DNA of 64,000 bases. Origin: Squalus acanthias. Taxonomy: Eukaryota. The notes beneath the pieces are model-generated. The model saw only the letters and a list, made by a program, of their open reading frames with translations, had not been told where the DNA came from and made no database searches. The position numbers and the translations under genes are program-made. The DNA is taken from assembly GCA_030390025.1 (NCBI GenBank), contig CM059432.1, forward strand, positions 153,884,001 to 153,948,000. The letters are read 5' to 3'. This document shows positions 1 through 14,273 of this stretch, one piece after another; the stretch's first letter is position 1; each line of letters opens with the position of its first letter.

Positions 1-1789
1 TTAGTTGGGAGGAAATTTCTGCTCATCCCATATTGAGATCCAGAGCAACAATCAACAAAGCCAGGTCATGATCAAACTGCATGGGGCTCTGGTCAGACCG
101 CACCTCGAGTACTGCACTCAGTTCTGGTCGAAAAACTCAAGGGAGCTGTTCGAGCACTGGAGGCAGTATAGCGAATAACCACATAGCTGATCCCTAGTGT
201 CAATGGTCCGAGTTTTGTCATTTTTCTTATCTTCTCACACTTCCTTTGGCAAACAGTGTGAAGTAGTGGAAGGATTTGCAGGCTGATTAACAGTCTGACA
301 GGCTGCAATGTGAATCTTTGGAATTCTCTACCCCAGAGGGCTGTGGCTGCTCAGTCGTTGTGTATATTCAAGATAGAGATCGATAGATTCTTGGACAGTA
401 AGGGAATTGAGGGATATGGGGATAGGGCGGGAAAGTGAAGTTGAGGTAGATCAGCCATGATTGTATTGAATGGCGGAACAGGCTCGAGGGGCCATATGGC
501 CTATTCCTGCTCCTATTTTTTGTGTTTTTATGAATGCTCCTTCCATGGCCGTAACCATCATTATATCAGTGGTTAGTTAGTCCTATACAATACAAGGGTT
601 TTATGGGCTCCCACAACCCATACAATGAGGGGGTGGGGGGTGGGAGGAGGAGCACCAGAAATGGGGAACTTTAGGATCTTACTAGCAGGCTTGAGGGGCT
701 GAATGGTCTACTCCTGCTCCTATTTCTTCTTACTCCTCACGTTCTTCAATGCAAGTTTAATTTTCTTAAAACAAATCTCTGCTACACACCCTGCCAAACT
801 GTTTTTCTACACCAGTAGTACTCTAGCTTAAAATCCAATCCATTGTCCATGTTACAATGTTCACTTATTTGTCAGTAATGGATGGTGGTTTAGCTCCACA
901 GAAACTTGGAACAAATGCATCAATCAAACACAGCTCCATGGAAGCACCATGAAACTAGGACAAAAGACATAAAACTAAGCCAAAACACCCCTTGCACCCC
1001 ACAGTATATTTACACATTATAAAAACAATGACCGTACAGGAGTCATGTAAAGGCTGTAATCTCATTTTGCTGTACACCACTCAAGATATTTCAATTATTT
1101 CATGACACCAACACCTTCGAGTACATATGAACTGAAGCCTTAAGCCCTTTGTCTTCATGGGCCATGTAGGTGTATACCATGGATCTTGGAGGGCCACCTA
1201 CGAAGTTTAAATTCTGCTTCCATCTCAAGCTGTTGATACTATCATCAAATGATGAAAGGGTTCGATAGAGTAGATACAGAGAAGCTATTACCTCCAGTGG
1301 GGTAATCCAGAAAAAGGGGGCACGATCTTAAAATTAGAGCCAGGCCATTCAGGAAGCATCTTTTCACAGAGAAGGTAATGGAAGTCTGGAACTCTTACAA
1401 AAGGCTATGGATGCTGGGCTAATTGAAATTTTCAAGACTTGGATCAACAGATTTTTATTAGGTAATTGTATCAAGTGATATGGATCAATGGCGGGTAAAT
1501 GGAGTTGAGGTACAGATCAGCCATGATCTAATTGAATAGTGAAACAGGATCGAGGGGTTGAATGGCCTTCCTAGGAGTTCTGATTTAGGATTTATCATCC
1601 AATGAGGCATTAAAAACAGCCCTTTCAAAATCTCCAAGGCTACAAAATTGTAACAGGATGTAGAAGAAAGAAATTAAGCAGAGTTTCACAGGCTACGGCT
1701 GTAGTTTAAACACCCCTGATGTACAACAGAATAAAAATTGTACAATGCAATTCAAATTATGTGGTTTCGTTATGGGAACCTGCAACCGG

Positions 1790-3830
1790 CTTCTATCGGC
1801 ATAGTACTGACCTCCAACAAAACAACACTAGACAGGTACCCCCCTCCCACTCCGCCAATTCCCTTTTGAAAGTTATTGAATCTGCTTCCACCAACTTTCA
1901 CACAGTGCATTCAACTCATAACTCGCTGCATAATATTTTTTTTCCTCCTGTCTGCTCTGGTTCTTTTGCCAATCACACTAAATCCGTGTCCTCTGGTTAC
2001 TGACCCTTCTGCCACTGGAAACAGTCTCTCCTTATTTACTCTATCAAAACCCTTCATGATTTTGAACACCTCTATCAAATCTCCCCTTAACCACCTGTGC
2101 TCTAAGGAGAACAACCCCAGTTTCTCTAGTCTCTCCACATAACTGAAGTCTTTCATTCCTGGTACCATTCTAGTAAATCTGCTCTGCAGCCTCTCTAAAG
2201 CCTTGACATCCTTCCTAAAGTGTGGTACCCAGAATTGACCACAATTCTCTAGCTGGGGCCTAACCAGTGTTTTATAAAGGATTAGCATAACTTTTCTTTT
2301 GTACTCTGTGCCTCTATTTATAATGCCATGGATCCCATAGGCCTTTTTAACAGCCTTCTCAATTTGTCCTGCCACCTTTAGAGACTTGTGTACATAAAGC
2401 CCCAGGTCTTTCTGTTCCTTCACCCCCTTAAAAATTGTTCCATTTAAATTTATAATGCCTCTCCTCATTCTTCCTACCAAAATGAATCACTACACACTTC
2501 TCTGCATTAAATTTCATCTGCCAAGTATCTGCCCCTTTCACCAGTCTATGTCTTCTTGGAGTCTGTTACAATCCTTACTGTTCAATACATTTCTGAGTTT
2601 TGTCTCATCTGCAAACTTTGAAATGATGCCCTGTATACCCAAGTCCAGGTCATTAATATATTGCAAAAAGAGCAGTGGTCCTGTAGCCAATTACGTATCC
2701 CTGCAGCCACTGCCCCTTTAATCCCTTGGGCTTCAATTTTGCTACAAGTCTATTATTGGTACTTTATCAAACACCTTTTGAAAGTCCATATGCACAACAG
2801 CACTATCCTCATCAACCCTCTCCGTTACTTTATCAAAGAACTCAAATTAGTCAAACACAATTTGCCTTTAACAAATCAGTGCTAGCTTTCATTTATTAAC
2901 CCATATTTTTCCAAGTGACAAATTAACGTTGTCTCGGATTATTGTCTCAAAGTTTCCCCACCACCGATGTTAGGCTGACTGGTATGTAGTTGCCGGTTTT
3001 ATCCCTCTCCCCCTTTTGCACATGGGTGTAACATTTGCAACCCTCCAGTCCTGGACTAAGGAGTATTTGAAAGATTGTGGCTAGAGCCTCTGCAATTTCC
3101 ACTCTTTCTTCCATCAGCAACCTAGGATGCATTCCATCCTGACCAGGTGGCTTTTCTACTTGGAGCGCGGGAAACCTTTTAAAATACCTCCTTTTTATCC
3201 CATCCAATTTCTCTACTACCTCCTCCTTTACTGTGACATTGCATCTGTCTTCACTAAAGAGTATGCTGCTAAAGTACTCATTTAGTACTTCAGCCATGCC
3301 CTCTGCCTCCACAGGAAGATCTCCTTTCGTGTCCCCAACAGGCCCCACCCTTCCTTTCACTACCATTTTGCTATTTATATCTTTATAAAAAACTTTTGGG
3401 TTCCTTTTTTTTTTAACGATACAAGCTTATCTATTCTCATACACTCTCTTTGCCCTTCTAATTTCCTTTTTCAGTTGTCCTCTGTACATTTTGTATTTAG
3501 CTTGATTCGCTGCTGAATTATGAACATTTTTGTGTTTCATTTTAATCTCTATCTTTAGTCATCCAGGGAGCTCTAGCTTTGGTTGCCCGTCCTTTGCCCC
3601 ACGTGGGAATGTGTCGTCTATACCCGAACAACCTCCTCTTTGAAGTCCTCCCATTTTCATTTACTGTTTTACGTGACAATCTTTGATTCCAATCCACCTG
3701 GGCCAGATCTCTTTTCAACTCACTGAAATTAGCTCTCCTCCAGTTGAGTACTTTCACGTTTGATTGTTCCTTGTCCTTTTCCATAACTACTCTAAATCTA
3801 TTGATATTTTGATCACTGCTCCTCTAGCTC
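1790..3830 (-). mobile_element. CR1-type LINE fragment (ORF2 RT and C-terminus), degenerate
   Basis: ORFs with LYKTLVRPQLE..QFW.P, LEKLGLFSLE.R.LRGDLIEVFKI and PGQDGMHPRLL. Confidence 0.9.
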
Positions 3831-4199
3831 CTTCCCACTATTTGGTGGTCTATAGTAGTCCCCCCCAGCGTAATAGGTCCTCTATTGTTATATTCCTGTT
3901 TTTTGAATAAGACATTAAAATGAAGACCCATTCTCTGCTCAGGTGGACACAAGATCTCATGGCACTTATCAAAGATGAGCGGTGATTTCTCCTGGCGTCC
4001 GAGTCAACATTCCTGCCTCAACCAACATCACCAAAAACCAATTACCTGGACATTTTTGTGGATCTTGCTCTGTGCACAAATTAACAGTCATGTTTGCCTA
4101 CATAACAGTGACTACACTACAAAAGCAATTTATAGGTTGTAAAGTGGTTTAGGATATACTGCAGACATAAGACTTCGTATCCGCATTTGCCTCCTCCTC

Positions 4200-6490
4200 T
4201 CGCAGTTCTCCCACGATCTCCTAACCACTCCAACCCCGAACACTCGCTAATTTGCAGTTTCTCCCCCATCTCTGCATTCACTCTCCAAACTCATCTTGTC
4301 CATAAAACCCACCTGCTGCTTCCTTGATCCCGTTCACCCAACTCCTGAACACTCAGCCACCACTCCTGGCTCCCGTGCTAGCTGAGTGTTAATGGTGCCC
4401 TTTCTTCAGTGTCTCCCTCCTTCAAAATCACTTACCACTTCTCACGCATAAAAGCCACCATAAATTAATTTGCCCTCCATCTATTTTCAACCTCCCTTTC
4501 CTTTCTATGTCCCTTTAACATGTCACACCCCATTTCCATCACCCCCGTGCTCGCTGAAATACATTGGCTTCCGGTTCACCAAAGCCTCGATTTTAAAAGT
4601 CTCTTCACATTCAAATCACTTCATGGCCTCACCCCTCCCTAACCTCTAACCTCCTCCAGCCCTGCATTCCTCCAAATCTGGCCTCTTGTGCAAACCCCCC
4701 ACTTCACCCCACCATTGGCAGCCATGTCTCCAGCTGTCAAAGCCCCAAGCTCTGGACTTCCCTCCATAAACCTCTTCACCTTTCTCCTTCTTTAATACCC
4801 TCCTTAAAACCTCTTTGACCAAACTTTTAATTACCCATCCTAATATTTCCTCCTTTGGCTTGGTGTCAATTTTTGTCTGATTGTCAACTGTGGCTCAGTG
4901 GGTAGCACTCTTGCTTCCAAGTCAGAAGGTTGAGAGTTCAAGTCCCACTCCAGAGATTGGAGCATAAAAATCTAGGCTGGTACTCCAGTACACTACTGAG
5001 CGAGTGCTGCACTGTCGGAGGTGCTGTCTTTCAGATGAGACTTTAAGCCGAGGCCTCATCTGCTCTTCCAGGTGGGCGTAAAAGATTCCATGACAATAGT
5101 TTGAAAAAGAGCAGGGGAGTTATCCTGGCCAATATTTATCCCTCAATGAACATCACTAAAACAGATTATCTGGTCATTATCACATAGCTGTTTGTGGGAT
5201 CTTGCTGTGCGCAAATTGGCTGCCTCGTTTCCTACATTACAACAGTGACTACACTTCAAAAGTAACTCATTGGTTGTAAAGCGTTTTGAGGCATCCAGAG
5301 GTCGTGAAAGGCACTATATAAATGCAAGTCTTTTTTTACACTCCTGTGAAACGCCCTGGAACATTTTCCTACATTAAAGGCGTGATACAATTTTGTTTTT
5401 GAATCTCCCACTTCCACTCAGTGCAGTACTAAGACCACCCTGGTCAAAATCACAAATGATCCCTCCTCTACTTCCCACAATGTTTGATAGGAATATTCCT
5501 CCACTGTCTCTCCCCCATAATCAACCTCAGAGACAGCCTTTGTGTGGTACCACTCCGAAGAACTTGGACACAGCCAGCGGATTTCCAGCAAGGATTTCTC
5601 TTTCCTACCACACCAGAGTTCCCCAAGGATCTATCCATGGTTCCCCCTGCCTTTTCCTCATCTGTATGCTGTCCCTCGGTGACCTCATCCACATGTAGTC
5701 AACTTCCACATATATACATCTCCACCATTACTCTTGAATCCACAATCACATCCATGCCATCTGACAACCAAATCATGAATCACAACTTCCCTCAACTGAT
5801 CAGGAAGAATCAAAGACATCGTTCTTGGACCCCACCATAAAATCTGCTCCATTACCACAGACTCCATACATTTCCCTGGCCACCTGCTCAGAATGAAGAC
5901 GACATTGCAAAATTTTGGTGTCCAGTTTGACCAGAGCGGAGCTTCAAACTCCACATCCTTTTGATCAGCAAGATGGCTGATTTCCATCTTCACAGCATTG
6001 CCTGCCTCCACCCCTACTTTAGTTCACTGCTAGTGAAACCATTATCCACTTTTGTCACCTCTAAATATGATTATTCCAATGCTCACCTTGTTGGCCTCCC
6101 ATCTTGCACCCTCCATAAACCCAAACATGTCCAAAATGCACCTGTCCATATCCTGTTCCACACTAAGTCCCGCTCATCCATCACTCCCATCATCACAGAC
6201 CTTGACTGGCTCTCTATTCCCAACGCATTAACTATAAAATCCTTCCCCTCATCATCAAATCCTCATGGCCTCACTCTATCCTACCTCTATAATCACCTAG
6301 ACTTGTTTTCTTTCCTGCACCCTTCAGTCTTCTGACTCTGGCTGTCTGTGCACACCCCTCCCCTGCCTGCACCTATTGCCTCACCACTGCTAGTATAGCT
6401 TTCATCTGCCTAGGCCCTGCTCTCGCTTCCTAAACCCCTCCATTTACTCTTTCTTCCATTAACAATCTTCTCAAAACCCATCTGTCACAT
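4200..6490 (+). mobile_element. L2-type LINE fragments (two 3' segments, separated by a SINE)
   Basis: FVTSKYDYSNAHLVGLP...VQNA...SITPIITDLDWL motif; similar SITPVLAEIHWLPV near 4535-4580. Confidence 0.75.
4885..5335 (+). mobile_element. SacSINE1/DeuSINE-like SINE inserted into an L2 tail
   Basis: tRNA-like head TGGCTCAGTGGGTAGCAC...GTTCAAGTCCC, Deu domain GAGTGCTGCACTGTCGGAGGTGC, tail GTGAAAGGCACTATATAAATGCAAGT. Confidence 0.85.
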
Positions 6491-7359
6491 TTCAAGATTT
6501 TTTGACCATGTATTCACAGAAAGGATTTGTAAAAAGAGTTATCTTTTAATGCTGGGTTTTTAGAAAACGATGTGTATTCTCACAAGTTTAAAAAAAAAGG
6601 CGCCTTGATGAAGGGTGGTTAATCTGCTAAACGCAAGTTGTTTTTCCACAGACACTAAACAATAAATGATTTGTTAGTTTGTCTGGGTTATCGGAAAACT
6701 CACCCATTGGAAACCTCTTTCATCTCGGTCTATGAAGTGGGTAATGAGAGGAGGAGATACCTAAAAGGCAGTCTAGCTTTTGCAACAGAGAAGGCCCAGA
6801 AAAGGCAGACTCTCAGTCAGAATTCAGAGGAGTTAGTCTATTTAAGTCAAGCAAGACAAACCACTGAAGTGGGGTAGCATAGCATGTTCATTATTTTTAC
6901 ATTATTAAATGGAGATCAGTTGCATAGATTGAACATAGTAAATCTGATCACAACTATTGCTCCACACATTCACACTGTTGTGGAATAAAGTACCTTAATG
7001 ATTTGAACCAAGGCACACCTCATCCAGTGTTAACTCGGCCCACCTTCGGAAAGATTGAAGAAATACATGCGCAAAAAGCACAGATATCCGGTTCAGGTCA
7101 CAAGGGAGGGTTCCACTGCTACACCCTCAGCTCACGCTATCATACATGTAGATATAGGTCACTGAGTCAACTTCCATAAAAGTAAAATGCTCACATCGCT
7201 ATCAGAGCAACTGATGCCACTGAACTTGACATGGTATCTACAGTAGACCTGAATTCAAAACACCATCTTTTGGGCCAATCCTAAATTCACCTCAGGCTTG
7301 GAATTCTGTTCCTTTTAACACTACTACGTATTACATAGTAGTACTACATAGTATTTACA

Positions 7360-8690
7360 GCACAGAAACAGGCCATTCAGCCCAATAGAGCTATGCTGGT
7401 GTTTATGCCCCACCCTTTTTTACCTAACTATTAGCATACCTTTCTATTCCTTTCTCCCTCGTGTTTATCTAGCTTCCTCTTAAATGCATCAATGCTATTC
7501 ACCTCACTTAGTCCCTGTGGTAGCAGGTTCCACATTCTAACCACTCTGGGTAAAGAAGTTTCTCCTGAATTCCCTATTGGATTTATTAGTGACTATCTTA
7601 TATTTATGGTCCCTAGTTCTGGTCTCCCCCGCAAGTGGAATCATCTCTACATCTACCCTATCAAATCCTTTCATAATCTTAAAGACTTCTGTCAGGTTGC
7701 TCCTCAGTCTTTTCTAGAGAAAAGAACCCCAGCCTGTTCAATTTTACCCGATAGGTATAACCTCTCAGTTCTTGTATCATCCTAGTAAATCTTTTTTGCA
7801 CCTTCTCCAGTGCCTCTATATCCTTTTTATAATATGGAGACCAGAACTGTTCGCAGTACTCCAAGTGTGGTCTAACCAAGGTTCTATACAAGTTTAACAT
7901 AACTTCTGTTTTTCAGTTCTATCCCTCTAGAAATGAACCCAGGGCTTGGTTTGCATTTTTATGGCCTTATTAACCTGCGTCACTACATTTAGTGATTGGT
8001 GTGTCTGTACCCCCAGTTCCCTCTGCTCCTCTACCCCATTTAGACACTTATTTTCAAAGGAGTATGTGGCCTCATTCTTCCTACCTAAATGTACCACCTC
8101 GCACTTATCTATATTGAAGTTCATTTGCTAATTACACCTCCATTCTGCAAGTTTATTAATATCTTCCTGTATTTTTTCCACAGTTCTCCACTGTATTAAC
8201 CAATCTCCCCAATTTGGTGCCGTCCGCAAATTTTGAAATTATACTTCTGACTCCCGAGTCCAAATCATTTATGAAAATAGTGAACAGTAGTCCCAGCACC
8301 GATCCTTTAGAACACCACTTCCCACCTTTTGCCAATGAGTAACTACCTTTAACCATTATTCTCTGTTTTGTAGTCAGCTTGCTATCCATTCGGCTACTTG
8401 TCCCCTGACCCAACATGTTCTGACCTTAGTCATGAGTCTATGTGGTTGGTACCTTATCGAAGGCCTTTTGAAAATCCAAATATAATACATCTACTACATT
8501 ACCCTTGTCTGTTACTTCTTCAAAGAATTCAACAAGGATGGCCAAGTATGACCTTCCCTTTTGAAATCCGTGCTGACTACTCTATTATATTTGCAGTTTC
8601 TAGATGTTTTTGTATTACATCTTTGAGTAAGGATTCCATTACCTTTCCTACCATCGATGTTAAGCTAATTGGTCTATAGTTTTCTGGGCG
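7360..8690 (-). mobile_element. CR1-type LINE 3' fragment
   Basis: GSVLGLLFTIFINDLD...KFADGTKL and LYRTLVRPHLEYCEQFWSP. Confidence 0.9.
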
Positions 8691-9102
8691 TCTTCTATGG
8701 TTAAAGGCACTACATAAATGCAAGTTGCCATTGTTCTATAAATAAAAGTTTTTTCTTTTACAGAGTTATGGACGATAAGTCTCAATTGATTATGACACTG
8801 GTAAAAATGTGAGTATTTCACACTTGTGACTTACATGCCATTAGAAAATCCTGAGGCGTTACTACCTTTTTACATTTGTATAATTCATAAGCTTAATTGT
8901 GCAATCACTTCTCATCATGATCCAAGTATGGGACAAAAGCTAAAATACAGAAACAATTTATCTAGACTGCAAAAGTATCTATAAAATTGCAGGTGGTGAT
9001 TAGAAAATCCAGTCAGAAATGCTGCGTCTACATGTACAGATGTGTATGCAGCCTACAGTCATTTTTAAAACAGCCAGGTGCAAACCCAAGGTTAAAGGCT
9101 AC

Positions 9103-9200
9103 AACAGAAAACGCTGAAAAAACTCAGCAGGCCAGGCAGCATCCGTGGAGAGAGAAACAGAGTTAACGTTTCAGGTCGAAGACCTTTCGTCAGAACTGGA
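9103..9200 (-). mobile_element. Penelope-type pLTR remnant with hammerhead core
   Basis: Minus strand reads AGTT-CTGACGA-AAGGTC-TTC-GACCT-GAAACGTT-AACT followed by ...GATGCTGCCTGGCCTGCTGAG; related copies at 25410-25625, 34720-34880 and 50005-50105. Confidence 0.65.
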
Positions 9201-11589
9201 AAAAAGCAGGAAATGAAATAGGCTACATACATGGTTACAATCTCAATCATCTGCTACAAACTTGCAACTTTGCTTTAAATAGAAAAAGTTTAATACTTGG
9301 TTTCTTTGCAAGGCAGGCAGATTAGGTGTGTATACTTCTTTTTTTAAACTCAAGTTTGTATTTGACATTTTATGTTGATCCTAAAAACACAGAAGCCCAG
9401 ATTTTCTGATCCGTGTTATTGTACCATTACCATTTATCTTAACCTGGTTAATGCCAAAGTTAAAATAATGCCAATTGGAGAACTCATGCCAGAATCTAAA
9501 TGTTTTGATTACTTCAAATTCACAGAAGCAGACTGGGTTTTTTTTTGCCCTTTATTTGAACATGTCATGTGTTCTAACAGAGAACCAGCACAACCGTGGA
9601 TGACAATGCAGAACTGAAACCATCAGCAAAAGTGAATGGCGGCGGATCACATTTTATAATTAACCGCGCACATTTTGGAATCAGAGCTTAGAAAGTAGGC
9701 CTGGACTTGAACCTACAGGACATGTTCATTGTATAACTACATAGAAAGACTGAGGACTTTATTGCAGAGGAATATCAGCATCTGGCTCACAGCGACGAGT
9801 GCAGCCACAAGCTCTTCCTTGCTCCAGAAAGAAAGGCAATGTATAGACATCAGATACCATAAGGAACACGAGTTATCACAAACAAGAATGTTTGGATAAC
9901 CCAAAACCTAATGAAGCTTTTCTTTCATTGTGCAATGTGAGACTATACATAAATGTAAGCCATTTTAGTAGGAGAGGAAAAGAAAACATATTTGAATAAC
10001 TTTCTACTGCACGTATAGATTTAACAGCAACTTAGTATAGCCTCACTTAAGTTCCCCATTGTAAGGAACTGCTCAAAAGTGGCCGACTTAGAGAGTTGTT
10101 GAGTTAACTGGTACAGTCCGCTCACCCTATGAGAGAATGAGCTGCAGCATGGCTCCGTGATGTAACAAGTAAAAGTTAGGAACAATTAGGCTTGAACTAG
10201 ATCTTGCTGGATGCTCAGATACGACTTACGCAATAATCCTCTGTGGAATTTCTGAAGAATTTGTCCTTTACCTCTGCACTTGCAATCCGGGAGGATGAGC
10301 TGTAGCTGTGTCCTGGTGACACAGGCACAATGCAGCAAAAGCTTTTCAATTCAGGCTCAAATTAAAATACTGTTCCCGTTTACCCAGCAGATAACAGAAG
10401 AGGGGTTGAAAATATAGGCTGGAACCAAGTAAGCAGTTGGCTTCCTGAATCGCTGGATGGTCAAGTTAGCAGGACAAAATGTGTACACAATGATTGTAAA
10501 GCGGGGCTTAAAAAGGTGTCTGACTTAGTGGGAGTAGTGGTCTTGTAAGATGGCACTGTTGTCTCAAACAATAAGGAAACAAATTGAGTGTAGCCTCTGC
10601 ACATACTGGAAGTTACACAATATAAACAGTATGCTAAGGCCCCCAAAAAATGAACATTTTTAGGAATAGAAGTACCCAGTGAATGACTAGTTAATCTGTT
10701 TTTGATGGTGTTGGCTGAGGGAGGAACGTTAGCTAGATACAAAGTGAAATTAACAATTCTTCATTGGTTAGTGCAGGAGATCTTTAATGACCACCTGAAC
10801 ACAGAAGAGACCTTGGTTTTATGCCTGATTCAAAAGACAGCACTTGCAACAATGTAGCATTCCCTCAGTATTGCATTCAAGTGTCAGCCCAGATTGTGTT
10901 CAAGTCCTGGAGGGGAGCTTGAACCCACAACTTTCTAGCTCAGAGGTGAGAGTGCTACTAAGCTCAAATTAAGCAAAACAACAACTTGGCTATATGTATA
11001 AATAAGAGACAGACACAGAGACAGGGGAAGGGATATTCAGAGTGTGCGTGCGCCCAGAAAGCAGGGGCAGAGGAGTAGGGCGCATGCAGTGTAAAAGGGA
11101 TAAAGGAAGAAGACACACACACTCTGGCCTGGGGGGTGGGGGGGGGGGGGGGGTGGAAGAGAGAGTAGAGAGTACTTGAGAGAATCAGGGAAGAAAGAAA
11201 AAATACAATTATGAAGATTAAATTGGAATGGTAGAGAACAAGTGGTAAAAGACAAAATCTAAGACATGCAAGCCCAACAGCCAAGCAAAGTACTTATGTA
11301 TGTGACCTAATTATGAGACATTTTATTGAACGAGCATTTGACTTGAGCAGCCCCTTGTCTTGGGTGTTAATTGAAGTGTACGAAAAGGTCACTCTGGCAC
11401 TTATCATCAATGTCGCTTAGGGCCGTTACGTTTTAACAGAAAAATTCTACAGGCCAAATTGAATTTGAGCCTAAAGGACAGAATATGGAGACAAGCTGAA
11501 GGCATATTTGCAGCAGACCCTTTTATTAATGAACATGCAGCACAAACGAGAAAATGGAGAAAACAACAGAAAGCAGAGTTATCACTGAC

Positions 11590-11789
11590 CTAGTCCTATA
11601 CTGGAATTGCCCTGAGTTTTATGTTGAGAGAGTTGCAAGCCTTGAGGCGTGTTGTTCCTGCTATCATCCATACTTAAAGCAGAGTCCTTACGAGGAACTT
11701 TGGGCGCTGCATCATCGCTAATTCCAGACTGCTTCTGTCTTCGCCGTTTTTTACTCCATAATTCATGACAATCTTGCCAATGTGGCAGG
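11590..11789 (-). CDS. CDK13: CDK13 exon 12 (200 nt; DCHEL motif and polybasic C-terminal extension)
   Basis: [22 protein letters not shown]...[10 protein letters not shown]; ATGTAG acceptor, G|GTCAGT donor. Confidence 0.94.
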
Positions 11790-12174
11790 CTACATAAAGA
11801 GACAACAACGTTGGTACAGTTAATGGTGTATAAGCATTGCCCGTTTCATACTCTGCTCAGTAGCCCTGCCCCAACCACTGTAAGCTGTTACCATTGTTCC
11901 TAATCCTTACTCTCAACAATGCTTTAGTCAGTGGGCCCCACTAGCAAATTTAATGCTCGTCACCGCTTTCACTCATGCTGAGGATGCAGAATAGCCCTAC
12001 TCACGCAGCACTCCCCATGTCTGCAACAAATGAAGAGATGTCCTTTTTTTAGGGGGGGGGGGGGGGGGGGGGGGGGAGGGTTTAGGGAAGAAATGGGGAC
12101 GGGGCGGGGGGGGGGAGAGGAGAAACGGCAGCATGGAGGTGGACAGAAAGTAAGCAATTAGGTAGGGCAACAGT

Positions 12175-12590
12175 TACATAGGAACAGGTGTAGGCCATTC
12201 AGCCCCTCAAGCCTGTTCCGCCATTCAACTAGATCATGGCTGATCTATATTTTAGTTCCATCTACCCGCCTTGGTTTCGTAACCTTTAATACCCTTGCCT
12301 AACAATCTCAATTTTCAATTGACCTAGACTCAACAGCTTTTTGTCAGACAGTTCCAAATTTCCACTACCGTGTGTGAAGTGCTTTCTGGTAAGACCCCTA
12401 AACAGCCCAGCTCAAATCTTAAGGTTACGCCCCTTGTTCTGGACTCCCCTGCCAAAGGAAATAGTTTCTCTCTATCTACCCTATCAAATCCTTTAATCAT
12501 ATGAAACACCTTAATTAGATCACCTGTTAATCTTCTATACTCGAGGGAATACAAGCTTAGTCTGTGAAACCTGTCCTCATAATTTAACCC
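12175..12590 (-). mobile_element. CR1 3' end
   Basis: LYSLEYRRLTGDLI..F.MIKGFDRVDREKLFP plus the conserved CR1 3' UTR; similar short ends at 305-530(+), 1240-1570(+), 22535-22630(+), 44545-44860(-) and 60120-60345(-). Confidence 0.85.
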
Positions 12591-13883
12591 TCTTTGCCCC
12601 ATTTAGGTTGGAAGCATAAAAAGGATGAGCAAGGTTGGACATATATGCGAAATGAGCGCGTTTGAAGTGGACACTTGGCAGGGTCCAACTCCACTTTCAG
12701 GTTTCTAGGTGTCAAGTTGGACCTTAAAGGATAACGTGGAGGTGGGGTAAGGGAAAATAATCTTAGATGCACAGAGCGGATAGAAAGTGGTAGGTTCCAC
12801 TCAACCCAGACTGTTCCTTAGAACAGCTGATGATTTTCCACATCCCTTCTCAGTAACTACCACAGTGCTGCACTTAGAGTGGGTGCAGTTTGTGTTGACA
12901 GTCAGGTAAACAAGACAAACCACATTCAAACCAACATGTAACATTCATGTATTTTACTTTGATTGACCAGATGGCAGTGTTGGTTGACGTGAACAAACTG
13001 CACTTCCACAGCGCTCAGCTATTGTAGATGAATTTTTATATTGTACTTTTAAAAAAGAAATCACTGAAAATTGCTTGAAAGACAAAAGTAAAGTTTATTA
13101 ATCAAATAAAATTGATGGAGTATAGAGCTCAGGGGCCTGGCAAGTGGAAGCTGTTGTGGTTCAGTTGTATTAATGTATACCCATGTGGAGCGGGTTCTGT
13201 CTTACCTCACCCCCCCCCCCCCCAAATTGCTGTGAGAGAGGAAGAGACGGTGGCGCTACAGTGAAACTGCTGCTACATCACAGAGAGGGGGGAAACAAAC
13301 TTACAAGGGGCACAGCACACCCAAAGAAAGCTCTCGAGTCAGAGGAGGGGGGGGGGGGGGGGGGGGAGAAGAGGTGTTCGCTACCGAGCCCTCGCCCTAC
13401 AAAAGGACATCAGTGGTCCTTCCACTGCTTTCCCAGGGACTACTACCACCCCCTCTATTACTTTGGGGTCAGCAGTACCCACAGCAAAAGGTAGAGACCA
13501 TCATTTACATGTGTGGGCGGGGGAGAAATCTAGGTCAGGATGGGGGTGCAGCAGTAGGCCTTCCTGACCAATTTTCTGTCTCTATACCACCCATTTGTCT
13601 ACCTGACTGTCCAGACAAACCCACATCTACTGTAAGTGGAGCATACTGTGATCACTTAATAAGAGGTGCCAAAAATAGTCATCTGTTCTAAGTAGCAGTT
13701 ACAGACTAGGTTGAATGGAACCCCTTTCCATCTAGCATTGTCAATGCAATTTCCAGCAGTACAGTGGTGGAATATCCCCCACCAGGATGGTAGATGGTGA
13801 ACTAGAAAAACCCAGCTCTTTTATCATCTAGCAATTCTTATGCAAGACCATTAATGCAATCAGCAGTTTGAGAGGTGACTTAC

Positions 13884-14015
13884 TCAGGTGGAGGCATTTT
13901 TGTAGGATCCACCTCTCTCAGGAAATCAGACTGAAGAGCATGTTCAGCGGTGCAGCGTTTATTGGGATCCAAAGCTAACATGTGATCAAAGAGATCCAGA
14001 GCAGTTGCTGGAATA
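13884..14015 (-). CDS. CDK13: CDK13 exon 11 (132 nt)
   Basis: [43 protein letters not shown]; TTTCAG acceptor, GA|GTAAGT donor. Confidence 0.96.
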
Positions 14016-14273
14016 CTGAAAGCAAAAACAATTTGAACTGGAAAAATAAACCAAACTTCACAAACCTCAGACACACTAAATTCACAACTATGCACATATT
14101 ACTGAATTTATTTAAATGAGACACAGAGGGTGCCCTCAGTAAATTATTTCACAATTTAAGGACACTGAATTTCAAGAGCATTGAAAAATTAAAAAAACAT
14201 GGTAGAGGTATTGGACTCCCAGACAACTTGAAATGGGATTCAAACTCTGATTGAGAGCAATGCATTTTAACAG

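Noticed and set aside
10272-10312. Candidate 41-nt cassette (poison) exon in intron 12, with CACCAG acceptor and GAG|GTAAAG donor on the minus strand
   Set aside because: Only splice-like motifs, no similarity to known CDK13 exon 13, and such matches occur by chance; RNA-seq would be needed.
1-11589. CDK13 exons 13-14
   Set aside because: No minus-strand reading frame resembling the CDK13 C-terminus was found; they probably lie beyond the left edge.
11128-13370. Long poly-G/C tracts (about 11130, 12052, 13210, 13346) as G-quadruplex elements
   Set aside because: Simple homopolymers of uncertain length, with no further supporting structure.
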